A stretch of 64,000 nucleotides of DNA from Candidatus Nanoarchaeia archaeon (GCA_028279725.1 JANQNE010000011.1:25872-89871); one strand, 5' to 3'. Counted from the first letter of the stretch, positions 28,739 to 38,882 are shown. Notes: a model not told the origin generated them from the sequence alone. Program-made: numbers and translations.

Positions 28739-31404
28739 TTTTGCCTATCAAGCTCTTTTTTTGCAATATCTTTTCTAAAAAACATGCCGTCGAAGTTTAT
28801 GTCATTTATTTTTGTGTATGCTGTATCGACGGCATCTTTAAGGGTTGATCCTAATGTGATTACATTTAATACTCTTCCTCCATTTGTGAGGATCTTTCCG
28901 TTATCTTTCTTTGTTCCAGCGTGAATCACCTGTGCTCCACTTATGTTATCTAAACCTTTTATCTCTTTTCCCTTTTCATATGAACCAGGATAACCTCCTG
29001 ATGCTAGTACTATGCTTACGCAGTGTTTTTCAGACCAGTCTAGTTTCATAGCTCCTAGTTTCTTGTCTATTACTGCGTTCATTACGTCAAGTATATCATT
29101 GTTTAATCTTGGAAGGATAACCTGTGTTTCCGGATCTCCAAATCTGCAGTTGAATTCTAAGATCTTTAGGCCGTCTTTTGTTTTCATAAGTCCGACGTAG
29201 AGGACTCCTTTGTATTCTATGCCTTCTGCTTTTGTTCCAGCTATGAATGGCTTAATTATCTTTTCTTCCATCTCTTTTTCAAGTCCGTCTAATATTGGTG
29301 CTGGTGAGTAAGCTCCCATCCCTCCTGTATTAGGGCCTTTGTCTCCTTCATAGATTGGTTTGTGATCCTGTGAATATACCATTGGCTTGAATGTTTCTGA
29401 GTCTACGAAGACTAAGTAGGACCCTTCTTCACCTACAAGACATTCTTCTACAACTATTGATGAAGATGCATCTCCGAATTTGTTTGCTTTTAGGCATTCT
29501 TCTGCAAACTTTACTGCTTCTTCTACTGTGTTTGCGACAAGAACTCCTTTTCCAGCAGCTAGTCCGTCTGCTTTTACGACAATTGGTGCTCCCTGCTTTT
29601 CGATGTATGCTTTTGCTTTTTCAAAATCAGTGAATTCATCAAATTCAACTGTTGGAAGATTATATTTTTTCATGAATCTTCTTGCAAATGCTTTTGATCC
29701 TTCAAACTGTGATGCTTTTTTGTTAGGGCCGAAGACTCTTATCCCTGCTTTTTCAAGTTCGTCAGCTGCTCCGTTAACTAGCGGAGCTTCTGGACCTATG
29801 ATTGCAAGATCTATCTTCTTTTCTTTTGCAAACTTGACTAAAGCTTCATTATCATTTTGGTCGATATCATGACAGCAAGCTACCTGGCCAATACCTGGAT
29901 TTCCCGGGACTGCGTATAGTTTGTTTAATCTGTCAGATTCTGTGACTTTTAATGCAATAGCATGCTCTCTTCCGCCTGAACCAACTATCATTACGTTAAG
30001 TTTGGTGTCTAATGTTGTCTGCTCTTCTGTTCTCTGGCAACCAAGGCATTGCTGCTGTGATTCTGATACTGGTTCTGGGTATTCTCCTGTTAAACATGCC
30101 ATACATACATCCCTCCTTGTAGCATTCTTGATATTATCAACTGTTGCATATACTAAATTATCTGCTTCAAGATATTCTCTTATCTGTTCTATTGATTTAT
30201 CTGAAGCTATAAGCTCTTTTTTTGTCGCCATGTCTATCCCATAGAAGCATGGGAATTTTATAGGAGGACAAGCAGAAACAAATGTAACTTTTCTAACTCC
30301 TCCATCTTTTAATGTTCTTACTATCCTTTTTGATGTTGTTCCCCTTACAATGCTGTCATCAACTACAGCAACACTCTTGTTTTCAAGTATACTTATTACA
30401 GGCCTTAGTTTTCTTCTTACTGAGTCATGCCTTGTCTTTTGTGATGACATTATGAATGTTCTTTGTATATATTTATCTTTGATCAGACCTTCCCTATATT
30501 TTACAGCAAGATCTTCACTTAATTTTATAGCAGCTGTCCTTCCTGAATCTGGAACTGGGACTACAACATCGATGTCTTTTTGGTCCATCTGCTCGCTCAT
30601 CAGTTTTCCAAGAGCTAATCTTGTCTTGTATACTGATCTGTTCTCTATCATGCTGTTCGGGCTTGCAAAATATATCCATTCAAACATACAATGAGCTTTT
30701 TTCTCCTGTTTTAGGATCTTGCTTTCTATAACCAAGTCTTTTGAGATAAAAACAGCTTCTCCTGGCTCTATATCTCTGACATAATCATGATCAATAACCT
30801 GAAATGCTACAGTTTCTGAAGCAAATATGTATGAATCTCCTCTCTTTCCGAGAACTAAAGGCCTTATGCCTCTTGGATCTCTTATCGCGAATATACCTTT
30901 GTCTGCTATCATTCCAACAATTGAGTAAGCTCCTCTTACCTTATCCATGAAGTGCTTTGCAGCTGCAAAGAAATCTCCATGCTGTTCGTAATGCTCTGCG
31001 AATATTCTTAGAAGAACTTCACCGTCAACAGAGGTTTCAAGATGTTTTCCTTTTTTTTGGAATTCTTCTTTTAGGTCGAAGTAGTTTATTGTGTTTCCGT
31101 TCTGAGCCATAGCAACTTTTGGGTTGATCTTTGTTGTAAGAGGTTGTGCGTCGCACAACATTCCTTTTCCCTGTGTTGCATATCTTGTGTGGCCGATGCC
31201 CATCTTCCCTTGTAATAGGTTTGCGTCTCTTGCCTTGAATACTCTGTGAACAGCATCCATCTCTTTTTTTGTGAAGAATTCGTCTTTTACGTTTGTTACT
31301 ATGCCGCATGCATCCTGGCCTCTATGCTGCAATGACATCAAGCTAGTTACTGCATCCTCAAAAACTTCATCATCTTTTGAAACAATACCAATAATTCCGC
31401 ACAT
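28735..31404 (-). CDS. purFD: Fusion of amidophosphoribosyltransferase (PurF, N-terminal) and phosphoribosylamine--glycine ligase (PurD, C-terminal)
   Basis: MCGIIGIV Ntn start plus PRTase domain. The PurD start LNVMIVGSGGREHAIALK appears from ~aa 465, followed by an ATP-grasp region. 889 aa in total. Confidence 0.85.
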   Translation of the reverse strand: MCGIIGIVSKDDEVFEDAVTSLMSLQHRGQDACGIVTNVKDEFFTKKEMDAVHRVFKARDANLLQGKMGIGHTRYATQGKGMLCDAQPLTTKINPKVAMAQNGNTINYFDLKEEFQKKGKHLETSVDGEVLLRIFAEHYEQHGDFFAAAKHFMDKVRGAYSIVGMIADKGIFAIRDPRGIRPLVLGKRGDSYIFASETVAFQVIDHDYVRDIEPGEAVFISKDLVIESKILKQEKKAHCMFEWIYFASPNSMIENRSVYKTRLALGKLMSEQMDQKDIDVVVPVPDSGRTAAIKLSEDLAVKYREGLIKDKYIQRTFIMSSQKTRHDSVRRKLRPVISILENKSVAVVDDSIVRGTTSKRIVRTLKDGGVRKVTFVSACPPIKFPCFYGIDMATKKELIASDKSIEQIREYLEADNLVYATVDNIKNATRRDVCMACLTGEYPEPVSESQQQCLGCQRTEEQTTLDTKLNVMIVGSGGREHAIALKVTESDRLNKLYAVPGNPGIGQVACCHDIDQNDNEALVKFAKEKKIDLAIIGPEAPLVNGAADELEKAGIRVFGPNKKASQFEGSKAFARRFMKKYNLPTVEFDEFTDFEKAKAYIEKQGAPIVVKADGLAAGKGVLVANTVEEAVKFAEECLKANKFGDASSSIVVEECLVGEEGSYLVFVDSETFKPMVYSQDHKPIYEGDKGPNTGGMGAYSPAPILDGLEKEMEEKIIKPFIAGTKAEGIEYKGVLYVGLMKTKDGLKILEFNCRFGDPETQVILPRLNNDILDVMNAVIDKKLGAMKLDWSEKHCVSIVLASGGYPGSYEKGKEIKGLDNISGAQVIHAGTKKDNGKILTNGGRVLNVITLGSTLKDAVDTAYTKINDINFDGMFFRKDIAKKELDRQK

Positions 31405-31406
31405 TT

Positions 31407-32231
31407 TTATCTATCCTTAAAATAGTCAACAGCATTCTGGAAAATCCTGAAGTTTGAGCTAATTAAATCAGGGATCTCTTTGTTTTCTCTTTTAGCGATC
31501 TCTTTTTTCAGATGGAATTCCGGCTCGCTGATTGAGTATATTGCTCTTTCTGGATGAGGCATCATTCCCATTAGCCTTCCAGTCTTGTCGCAGATAGCTG
31601 CTATATCATTTAAAGCTCCATTAGGGTTGATAGGGTAAACATTTTCTGCATCATCTCCTGCTTCATTGCAGTACGTGAAAACTATCTGGTTGTTCTTTTT
31701 TAATTCTTCAAGTGTGTTTTTATCGCATGTGAATCTTCCTTCTCCATGAGCTATAGGGAGATGTGTCTGTTCTATTCCTTTTGTGAATATACAATTAGAA
31801 TTGTTGTTTTTTATGTTTACCCATAAGCATTCATATCTGTTGCTTGTGTTTGATTCTAATGAGCTGATTCTTTTTCCGTAGTCTCCATCTGTAGCGAATA
31901 ATCCTAAATGGGTCATGACCTGGAATCCGTTGCAGACTCCGAGTATCAATTTTCCTGAGTTTATGAACTCTAAAAGATCTTCCCAAAGGTTGTTTTTTAT
32001 CTTGTTTGCAAAAGCATTTCCTGAACCTGTGTCATCTCCATACGAGAATCCTCCTGGAAACATAATTATATTGTAGTCAGACATCTTTTTCTTTTTTGAG
32101 ATAAGGTCGTTTATGTGGACAATTTCGCATTCAGCTCCTGCTTTTTCAAAAGCATGAGCACTTTCTTTCTCGCAGTTGATCCCATATCCTGACATAATCA
32201 ATACTTTTGGTATCATATTAATAGTCCTCAA
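31407..32231 (-). CDS. purQ: FGAM synthase glutaminase subunit
   Basis: Class I GATase. 274 aa. Immediately downstream of purSL. Confidence 0.85.
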   Translation of the reverse strand: MRTINMIPKVLIMSGYGINCEKESAHAFEKAGAECEIVHINDLISKKKKMSDYNIIMFPGGFSYGDDTGSGNAFANKIKNNLWEDLLEFINSGKLILGVCNGFQVMTHLGLFATDGDYGKRISSLESNTSNRYECLWVNIKNNNSNCIFTKGIEQTHLPIAHGEGRFTCDKNTLEELKKNNQIVFTYCNEAGDDAENVYPINPNGALNDIAAICDKTGRLMGMMPHPERAIYSISEPEFHLKKEIAKRENKEIPDLISSNFRIFQNAVDYFKDR

Positions 32232-35214
32232 ACCTTTTTTTGTATATTTTTTCTAATTTTTCAATGTCTGTCTTGATTACTTGTTCTTCTTTGTTGTTTA
32301 TTATGAACTCATTGTCTTCTTTTACTGTTCCTATCTTTGCTATGTCGAAGTCGCTCATTGCTTTTACAAATTCATCCTGGTCTTTAGGGTTGATCGTTAC
32401 GATGAATCTGGACTGTGATTCTGAATAGAATATCTTTTCTATTGGCAGGTTATCGTTTGGTGCTTTGCTTAAGTCTGTTTCCGCTCCAAGCTGTCCTGCG
32501 ATTGCCATCTTTGCTAATGTGATCAGTAGTCCGCCTTGATTGACTGGAGCACATGCACTGAACATTCCTTTTTTGTTTAACTGGAACATTGTTTCGTAAA
32601 GTTTTCTTGCTTTTTGTGCATCTACTTTTGGTGACTTTGCTCCGAACTTATCGAATGCTCTATAGAACTCGCTTCCACCACATTCGTCTTTCGTCATTCC
32701 TATGGTGTATATCAGATCTCCCGGAAGCTTGAAGTCCATCGTTATTGTATCTTTTGCATTGTCGATTATGCTTATGCTTGAGATCATCAATGTTGGAAGT
32801 ACTGAAATCTTTATTGAGTTATCTTTTTCGTCAAATCCTTTGAAATCGTTGAACATGCTGTCTTTTCCTGAGATAAATGGTGTTTTGTAGATGGTTGCAT
32901 AATCATAGCATGCTTGTGCTGCGTCTTTTAGCTGGCCCATACGTTCTGGCTCGTTTGAACTGCACCAGCAGAAGTTGTCCATGAGTGCAAGATGGTCTAT
33001 GTTTCCGCCGACAGCAACACAGTTTCTTATTGAAGTGTCTATAGCACATGCTGCCATATCATAGCAGTTTATCTCGCTTAGTCTTGGATAAAGGCATTGT
33101 GACATAACAGCTGCTTTATTGCTGCTGAACAAAGGCTTTACAACTGAAGCTGCTCCGTTGACTCTGCCTTTTCCCTGTAATGGTTTTATGACTGAGTTAT
33201 TCTGAACTTCATGATCATACTGTTTTGATATAAATTCAAAGCTGCAGTTGTTGTGATTTCCCAGGATCTTTTCGAACAGTGCTTTTTGGTTGTCTATTGT
33301 TATTTTTGGCTCTTCTGTCCTGTAAGGATAAGGTTTTGTGATAAGTTTTCTTTTTGGAAGTCCGTCATGTAAGAATTCCATGTCTAAGTTGAATATTTCT
33401 TTTCCGTTGAAATTCACTATAGCTTTTTTTGTGTCGTTGAAATTTCCAATTACTGTTGATTCAACTCCTCTGCTTTCCATAAGGTCCATGAATTCTTTTA
33501 GCTTGTTGTCTGGAACTGATAATGTCATACGTTCCTGTGATTCTGAAATCCATGTTTCCCAAGGCGGAAGTCCTGGATATTTTAGAGGAACTTTTTCTAA
33601 GTCTACTATGAAACCACCACATTCTCTTGCCATCTCTGCAACTGAACAGGATAATCCTCCTGCTCCATTGTCTGTTATGCTATTGTAAAGTTCTTTATCT
33701 CTTGCTTCTTTTACAATTGCATCCGAGAGTTTCTTTTGAGTGATCGGATCTCCTATCTGAACAGCTGTTGCTGGTGAGCCTTCATCCATCTCTTCTGATG
33801 AGAATGTTGCTCCGTGAATACCATCTTTTCCAACTCTTCCGCCGATCATGACAATGTTGTCTCCTGGCTGAGCCTGTTTGTCCTGGCTTGGATTTCCGTT
33901 AGGAAGTTTTCTTGGTAAAAGTCCTACAGTTCCTACGAATATGAGAGGTTTTCCCTTGTAGCAATCGTCGAAGTATACAAATCCTGTTGGTGTTGGAATA
34001 CCTGAGCAGTTTCCTCCTACATTTACTCCATGTATTACTCCATCCATGATCTTTCTTGGTGTTAAAGCTGGGTTTGTCTTGTTCTTTCCTCTGTAAATGA
34101 ATGTCTTGTCTTCTGGTCTTCCTAAGCAGAAGCCGTATTTGTTAACTATTGGAAGTGCGCCCATACCGAAGCCGATAGTGTCTCTGTTAACTCCTACAAT
34201 TCCAGTTATAGCTCCTCCAAATGGATCTAATGCTGAAGGACTATTATGTGTTTCAGCTTTGTCTGTGATCATCCAGTCGTCATTGAATATTATTCCTCCT
34301 GAATTGTCTTTGAATACTGATAAGCAGAAATCTTTATCTCCTAAGTCTTCTCTTACTTTTATTGTCGCTGCTTTGATGAACTTTTTGTATATTCCTTCTT
34401 TTATGTCATCTATCTCTCCTGCAAATAAAGTGTGTTTGCAGTGTTCTGACCATGTTTGTGCGATTGATTCCAGCTCAATATCAGTTGCTTTTCTTCCTTC
34501 TTTTTTGTAATAAGCCTGTATTGCGTGTAAGTAGTCTAAGTCTAAAGCTAAAGGGCCTCTTCTTGTGTTTGTTACAGGATCAGGAATTCCTTTTTTTCCA
34601 AGTTCTGTAAGAATTTCATCACTGACATTCAGATCAATTGCAATTACGTTTTGTTCTTCTTTTATGTTTACTTTTGGAACAATATAATCCATGCCGTTGT
34701 CTTCAGTGTATTGTTCTGCTGATTTGATGTGGAAACGTTCTATTAAAGTGTTGATTAGTTCTTTTGCAATTATTTCTATGTCTTCTTTCTTTAGGTTGTC
34801 TGATTTTATTAAGATCAGTTTAGAAGTGAATACTTTGTTTCTTCCAATGTTGATCTTGAATAGGTCGTTTATGATTTCTGTAGTTGTGTTTGCTACATTG
34901 TCTGTAACTCCTGGCAAGAATCCCAGTTCTAATGCCCAGCTAAACTCTTTTTTTGATGGTGAGTTGATCCTTGGAGTTTCTACGATAGGATTGTGTAATG
35001 CGTTAGCTATTGCTGTTATTTGTTCTGCTGAGAAATCATACTGGATAGTGTATACTTTGCTTACTTCAATAGAGGTTTCGAAGCCCAGCGAGAACAGCTT
35101 TTTCTCTAATATTTTGGCTTCAGAGCCCTTCTCCTTGGAATCTATAGAAATCCTAAATATCTGTCCATTTTCTTGCATGATCAACCCCCTATAGTTAGCT
35201 GAAAAATGACTCAT
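32218..35214 (-). CDS. purSL: FGAM synthase II with an N-terminal PurS-like domain fused (PurS-PurL)
   Basis: N-terminal ~80 aa ending in LHNPIVE resembles PurS. The remainder carries PurL AIRS-like repeats. 998 aa. Confidence 0.85.
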   Translation of the reverse strand: MSHFSANYRGLIMQENGQIFRISIDSKEKGSEAKILEKKLFSLGFETSIEVSKVYTIQYDFSAEQITAIANALHNPIVETPRINSPSKKEFSWALELGFLPGVTDNVANTTTEIINDLFKINIGRNKVFTSKLILIKSDNLKKEDIEIIAKELINTLIERFHIKSAEQYTEDNGMDYIVPKVNIKEEQNVIAIDLNVSDEILTELGKKGIPDPVTNTRRGPLALDLDYLHAIQAYYKKEGRKATDIELESIAQTWSEHCKHTLFAGEIDDIKEGIYKKFIKAATIKVREDLGDKDFCLSVFKDNSGGIIFNDDWMITDKAETHNSPSALDPFGGAITGIVGVNRDTIGFGMGALPIVNKYGFCLGRPEDKTFIYRGKNKTNPALTPRKIMDGVIHGVNVGGNCSGIPTPTGFVYFDDCYKGKPLIFVGTVGLLPRKLPNGNPSQDKQAQPGDNIVMIGGRVGKDGIHGATFSSEEMDEGSPATAVQIGDPITQKKLSDAIVKEARDKELYNSITDNGAGGLSCSVAEMARECGGFIVDLEKVPLKYPGLPPWETWISESQERMTLSVPDNKLKEFMDLMESRGVESTVIGNFNDTKKAIVNFNGKEIFNLDMEFLHDGLPKRKLITKPYPYRTEEPKITIDNQKALFEKILGNHNNCSFEFISKQYDHEVQNNSVIKPLQGKGRVNGAASVVKPLFSSNKAAVMSQCLYPRLSEINCYDMAACAIDTSIRNCVAVGGNIDHLALMDNFCWCSSNEPERMGQLKDAAQACYDYATIYKTPFISGKDSMFNDFKGFDEKDNSIKISVLPTLMISSISIIDNAKDTITMDFKLPGDLIYTIGMTKDECGGSEFYRAFDKFGAKSPKVDAQKARKLYETMFQLNKKGMFSACAPVNQGGLLITLAKMAIAGQLGAETDLSKAPNDNLPIEKIFYSESQSRFIVTINPKDQDEFVKAMSDFDIAKIGTVKEDNEFIINNKEEQVIKTDIEKLEKIYKKRFEDY

Positions 35215-35269
35215 ATATAAATATTATGGCTACCAGCCAGTACTAAAGATATACTCAAGAATATAGTTT

Positions 35270-35704
35270 TTACCCTCTAAGTGAAGGATGTAATGGGTAA
35301 GAAGGTGTTATGTATGTGTCTCCTCTTGATTCTACTTTTATCAATGTGTTATCAGCTACCCTAAAATCTAACGGGTCTTTGATTGCATTATCCCTGGCTT
35401 CGAATTTTCCAAGATAACATTCTTGAACTGCTTGTTTTAAGTGCGGTTCACAAGCAAAGATTTCAGCATAAGGTGTTGCTTCCATGATTGCCTTTGCAAC
35501 ATCAAGACTTGAGCTTCCTTCTTTTACAATGTTTGCCAGATCAACCATATCATAGAGCTTAATTGTTCCTGCTGGTTCTTTTTCACACTTCTTACATTCT
35601 CCATAAGGAAGATGCATAGTCTCGGTCAACCTATTTCTATCCATCGCTTTTCTAAGTGGAATGGATTTTTCCAAACCTTTTATGAATTCTCCTAAATCTG
35701 ACAT
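35270..35704 (-). CDS. Hypothetical protein between purB and purSL
   Basis: 144-aa ORF on the same strand within the operon. Single CxxC. No family recognized. Confidence 0.4.
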   Translation of the reverse strand: MSDLGEFIKGLEKSIPLRKAMDRNRLTETMHLPYGECKKCEKEPAGTIKLYDMVDLANIVKEGSSSLDVAKAIMEATPYAEIFACEPHLKQAVQECYLGKFEARDNAIKDPLDFRVADNTLIKVESRGDTYITPSYPLHPSLRG

Positions 35705-35787
35705 AGAACAAAAGGATTACTAAGTTGTATATAAATATTATTGTTTTTGAGTATTCTAGAATGGTAACGTTACGTTAATCGTAAGAA

Positions 35788-37227
35788 CTAAACATTAATT
35801 GATGTGTTTGATTTTCCGACCAATTCTTTGTATTTTTCCAGAACTGGTTTGACTTCTTTCTGGATGAATTCTTCTGTCTGTTCTTTTGCTGCTCCTGTGA
35901 ACCTTACTGGGTTGTCTAATAGTGAGTTTAGGTAGTTTTCATCTACTGGTATTGACTGGTCTTCTGCTAATCTTTTGAATAAGTCATTCGGTTTTCCTTC
36001 TAGTTTTACTGATTTTGCTGCATCTACTGAATGTTTCTTTATTATTTCGTGCATCTCTTGTCTGTCATGTCCTTGTTTTGCCAATTCCATCAGTATAACT
36101 TCTGTTGACATGAACGGCAGTTCTGCATCAAGATGTTTTTTGATCTGAGCTGGATAGACAACCATGCCGTCTGTTATGTTTTGATATAGTTTTAAGATTG
36201 CGTTTGCTAGAAGGAAAGACTGAGGTATACTGATCCTTCTTATGGATGAATCATCTAGTGTTCTTTCAAACCACTGGTTAGCGTGAATATGTGAGAAATC
36301 TATTTGAAGATTGATGAGTTTTCTTGCCAATGCAGTCATACGTTCAGAACGCATTGGGTTCCTTTTGTATGCCATAGCTGAAGATCCTGTCTGTGATTTT
36401 GCAAATGGCTCTTCCATTATCTTAAGATTTGACATAAGTCTCATGTCAACTGCGAATTTATGCGCTGATTCTGCGATTCCTGACAGAATTTTTGCAACTA
36501 TAGTGTCGAATTTTCTTGTGTAAGTCTGTCCTGTAGTTGGATATGATTCTTCAAAACCTAATTTTTTGCTTACTAAGCTGTCTAATTGCTTAACTTTTTC
36601 ATAATTGTCGTTGAAAAGTTCTGTGTATGATGCCTGAGTTCCTACTGTTCCTTTTGCTCCTCTTGCTTTTAATTCTATCTGTTCTAATTGTTTTAGGTCT
36701 AGTAAAAGATCTTGAATGTAAAGTGTGATTCTTTTTCCTATGGTTGTCGGCTGTGCTGGCTGGTAATGTGTGTATCCTAGTGTTGCTAATGATTTGTTTT
36801 CTTCAGCAAATTTGGATAAGTTGTTTATTGTGTTTATTAATCCTGCTTTTATGATCTTCAGTGCTTCTCTTATTTGGATTAGATCTGTGTTGCAGCAGAC
36901 GAACTGAGAAGTTGCTCCTAAATGGATTATTCCTTTTGCTTTTGGGCAGTGTGTTCCGTATTCAAACACATGAGCCATGACGTCGTGTCTGATTTCTTTT
37001 TCTTTTTCTTTTGCGATGTCATAGTTGATTGTGTTCTGAGCAGCTTTTAGCTCTTCGATCATCTCTGGAGTGATCTGGGAGAGTCCTAGTTCCATCTGAG
37101 ATTCAGCTAAAGCTATCCAGCACTTTCTCCATGTTGAGAACTTGAAATTATCTGAGAATATCTGCTGCATCTCTTTGTCAGTATATCTTCCTACTAACGG
37201 ATCCTGGTAAACTTCGTGATTGCTCAT
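35788..37227 (-). CDS. purB: Adenylosuccinate lyase
   Basis: Fumarate-lyase signature SSAMAYKRNP. 479 aa. Confidence 0.9.
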   Translation of the reverse strand: MSNHEVYQDPLVGRYTDKEMQQIFSDNFKFSTWRKCWIALAESQMELGLSQITPEMIEELKAAQNTINYDIAKEKEKEIRHDVMAHVFEYGTHCPKAKGIIHLGATSQFVCCNTDLIQIREALKIIKAGLINTINNLSKFAEENKSLATLGYTHYQPAQPTTIGKRITLYIQDLLLDLKQLEQIELKARGAKGTVGTQASYTELFNDNYEKVKQLDSLVSKKLGFEESYPTTGQTYTRKFDTIVAKILSGIAESAHKFAVDMRLMSNLKIMEEPFAKSQTGSSAMAYKRNPMRSERMTALARKLINLQIDFSHIHANQWFERTLDDSSIRRISIPQSFLLANAILKLYQNITDGMVVYPAQIKKHLDAELPFMSTEVILMELAKQGHDRQEMHEIIKKHSVDAAKSVKLEGKPNDLFKRLAEDQSIPVDENYLNSLLDNPVRFTGAAKEQTEEFIQKEVKPVLEKYKELVGKSNTSINV

Positions 37228-37287
37228 TTTACCCCCTATGTCTGAAGAGTAGATGGTTGATATTTAAATGTTTTGAGAAAAATAAGG

Positions 37288-38244
37288 CTATGACACCTTA
37301 AATCTATTCTTAGTAATAGAAGTTATGTCTTCTCCAACTGCCTTATTTACAATATCTCTTAGAAAGTTTATTGACTCATCTTCCCCAATATCTTTTAATT
37401 CATTTAATATGACTCTAATCTTATTTTTTCCATATGTTTCTTCAATATATTTCCAAAAACAATATCCTGTGTAATACCAGTAAATACGTGGATTTTCAGG
37501 AGCTTTTGATAAATCTGAATAATCATGTACTCTTTTTATTTGAGGATCCCCAAAGTCTGATCCATACCACCCATCACTTCTACACTCAATTCCTATGGCT
37601 CTTCTTTCCTGCTCATCTATATAAGTTGCTATCCCTTCGTTCGCCCACCCAGGAATAATGGTATCTGAAACAAATACATGGGTCATTTCATGTAAGTTTA
37701 AACAAACTTGTTCTTCATAGATTTTCTCTTTAAAATAACCCTCATTATCAACTCGTCTTTTATAAGCTTCCATATTAAGAAAAGTCGTTACCCCACTAGA
37801 TGTAGCTCCTGAGAATGTGTTCTCATCATCTCCGACCAAAACTAGATAATAAATAAATTCAGACTTTGTAGAATTGGGCAAATCAATTCCTAATTCTTTC
37901 TTCAGGAATTTGATACAAGTTAAAGAATCTTGCAAATAATCTTCAGCTAACCACTTACCAAATTCCTTGTTGTAAACTATAGTTACATTCTCTCTAGAGA
38001 TTATATCTTCATCTTCACCAGGAACCCCTTCGCAATCTATATAACATCTTTGCCAAGTCTCTTTACCATTGCATATTCCATCACCACAAAAAGGAGGTCT
38101 TTCTTCTTTGACTTTCTCATACTCATTAATAACAGCTGGTGCTTCTTCCTCAATAATTATGATGGGGGTGTCTTTCTCCTTAGTTTCCTGATAAGCACAA
38201 CCAGTAATCAATAAAACAAAAACTATGAAAACGACTTTTATCAT
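37288..38244 (-). CDS. Predicted lipoprotein zinc metallopeptidase (HExxH)
   Basis: Signal peptide with an LITGC lipobox-like motif. HEMTH zincin motif. Confidence 0.5.
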   Translation of the reverse strand: MIKVVFIVFVLLITGCAYQETKEKDTPIIIIEEEAPAVINEYEKVKEERPPFCGDGICNGKETWQRCYIDCEGVPGEDEDIISRENVTIVYNKEFGKWLAEDYLQDSLTCIKFLKKELGIDLPNSTKSEFIYYLVLVGDDENTFSGATSSGVTTFLNMEAYKRRVDNEGYFKEKIYEEQVCLNLHEMTHVFVSDTIIPGWANEGIATYIDEQERRAIGIECRSDGWYGSDFGDPQIKRVHDYSDLSKAPENPRIYWYYTGYCFWKYIEETYGKNKIRVILNELKDIGEDESINFLRDIVNKAVGEDITSITKNRFKVS

Positions 38245-38317
38245 AGAGGTGGTAAAACAACTACATTATTTATATTTTTTGATAAAAAAATGAAAAAATA
38301 AAAATAAAGAACTAAGC

Positions 38318-38755
38318 TTATTCCTGTTTTGGCTCTTCCTCTGCAGGTTCTTCTGCAACTTGCTCTTCAGCTGGAGCTTCTTCTTCACCGAAGTCTTCTG
38401 TGTCTTCTGGTGCAGGTTCGTCTGCAACTGGTTCTGGCTGAACCTCAGGTTCTGCTTGTGGAGCAGGAGCTGGTGAGTCTTCGATTGGTCCTTGTGCATC
38501 GCCGATCTTGTCTGCGAATCCAACTTTCTTAAGGACTCTAGTTACTTTTACTCTGCATTCTTCTCCTTCCTTTACGCCAGGAACAAAAAGAACAAATCCT
38601 TTTACCTTTGCTATACCGTCGCCTTTTTCTCCGACAGCCTCTATCCTTACATCTATCTCTTCATCTACTTTAACTGGAGCAAAACTTCTTCTTCCGCCGA
38701 AGCCTCCTCCGCCAAATCCGCCACGGCCTCTGCCGCCGCCTTCGCCATATGTCAT
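38318..38755 (-). CDS. TRAM-domain protein with an N-terminal Gly/Arg-rich (RGG-like) region and a long acidic C-terminal tail
   Basis: GDGIAKVKGFVLFVPGVKEGEECRVKVTRV matches small archaeal TRAM proteins. N-terminal GGGRGRGGFGGGGFGG. C-terminus is Pro/Glu/Ala-rich. Confidence 0.65.
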   Translation of the reverse strand: MTYGEGGGRGRGGFGGGGFGGRRSFAPVKVDEEIDVRIEAVGEKGDGIAKVKGFVLFVPGVKEGEECRVKVTRVLKKVGFADKIGDAQGPIEDSPAPAPQAEPEVQPEPVADEPAPEDTEDFGEEEAPAEEQVAEEPAEEEPKQE

Positions 38756-38882
38756 ATTTATTTCACCTATGTACTTTATCTAAATCTTGCAGCGAGCTGC
38801 AATAACCTGCTATTTAAGAAGTTAGTATTTAAATATTGCGGAAAAAGTGCGTAGATTTATATAGGGAGCGCTTTTCTGGGAT

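Noticed and set aside
37288-38244. Lipobox (LITGC) taken as evidence of bacterial origin
   Set aside because: Lipobox-like motifs also occur in archaeal secreted proteins, particularly in Euryarchaeota. Not sufficient to override the archaeal markers; kept as a predicted lipoprotein zincin only.
38266-38523. 85-aa and 67-aa ORFs (38266-38523 minus, 38329-38532 plus) and two plus-strand ORFs (38492-38854, 38508-38783), all overlapping the TRAM gene
   Set aside because: All lie in alternative frames of the well-supported TRAM-domain gene (38318-38755). Low-complexity Q/L/K-rich translations typical of frame-shifted acidic-tail coding sequence.
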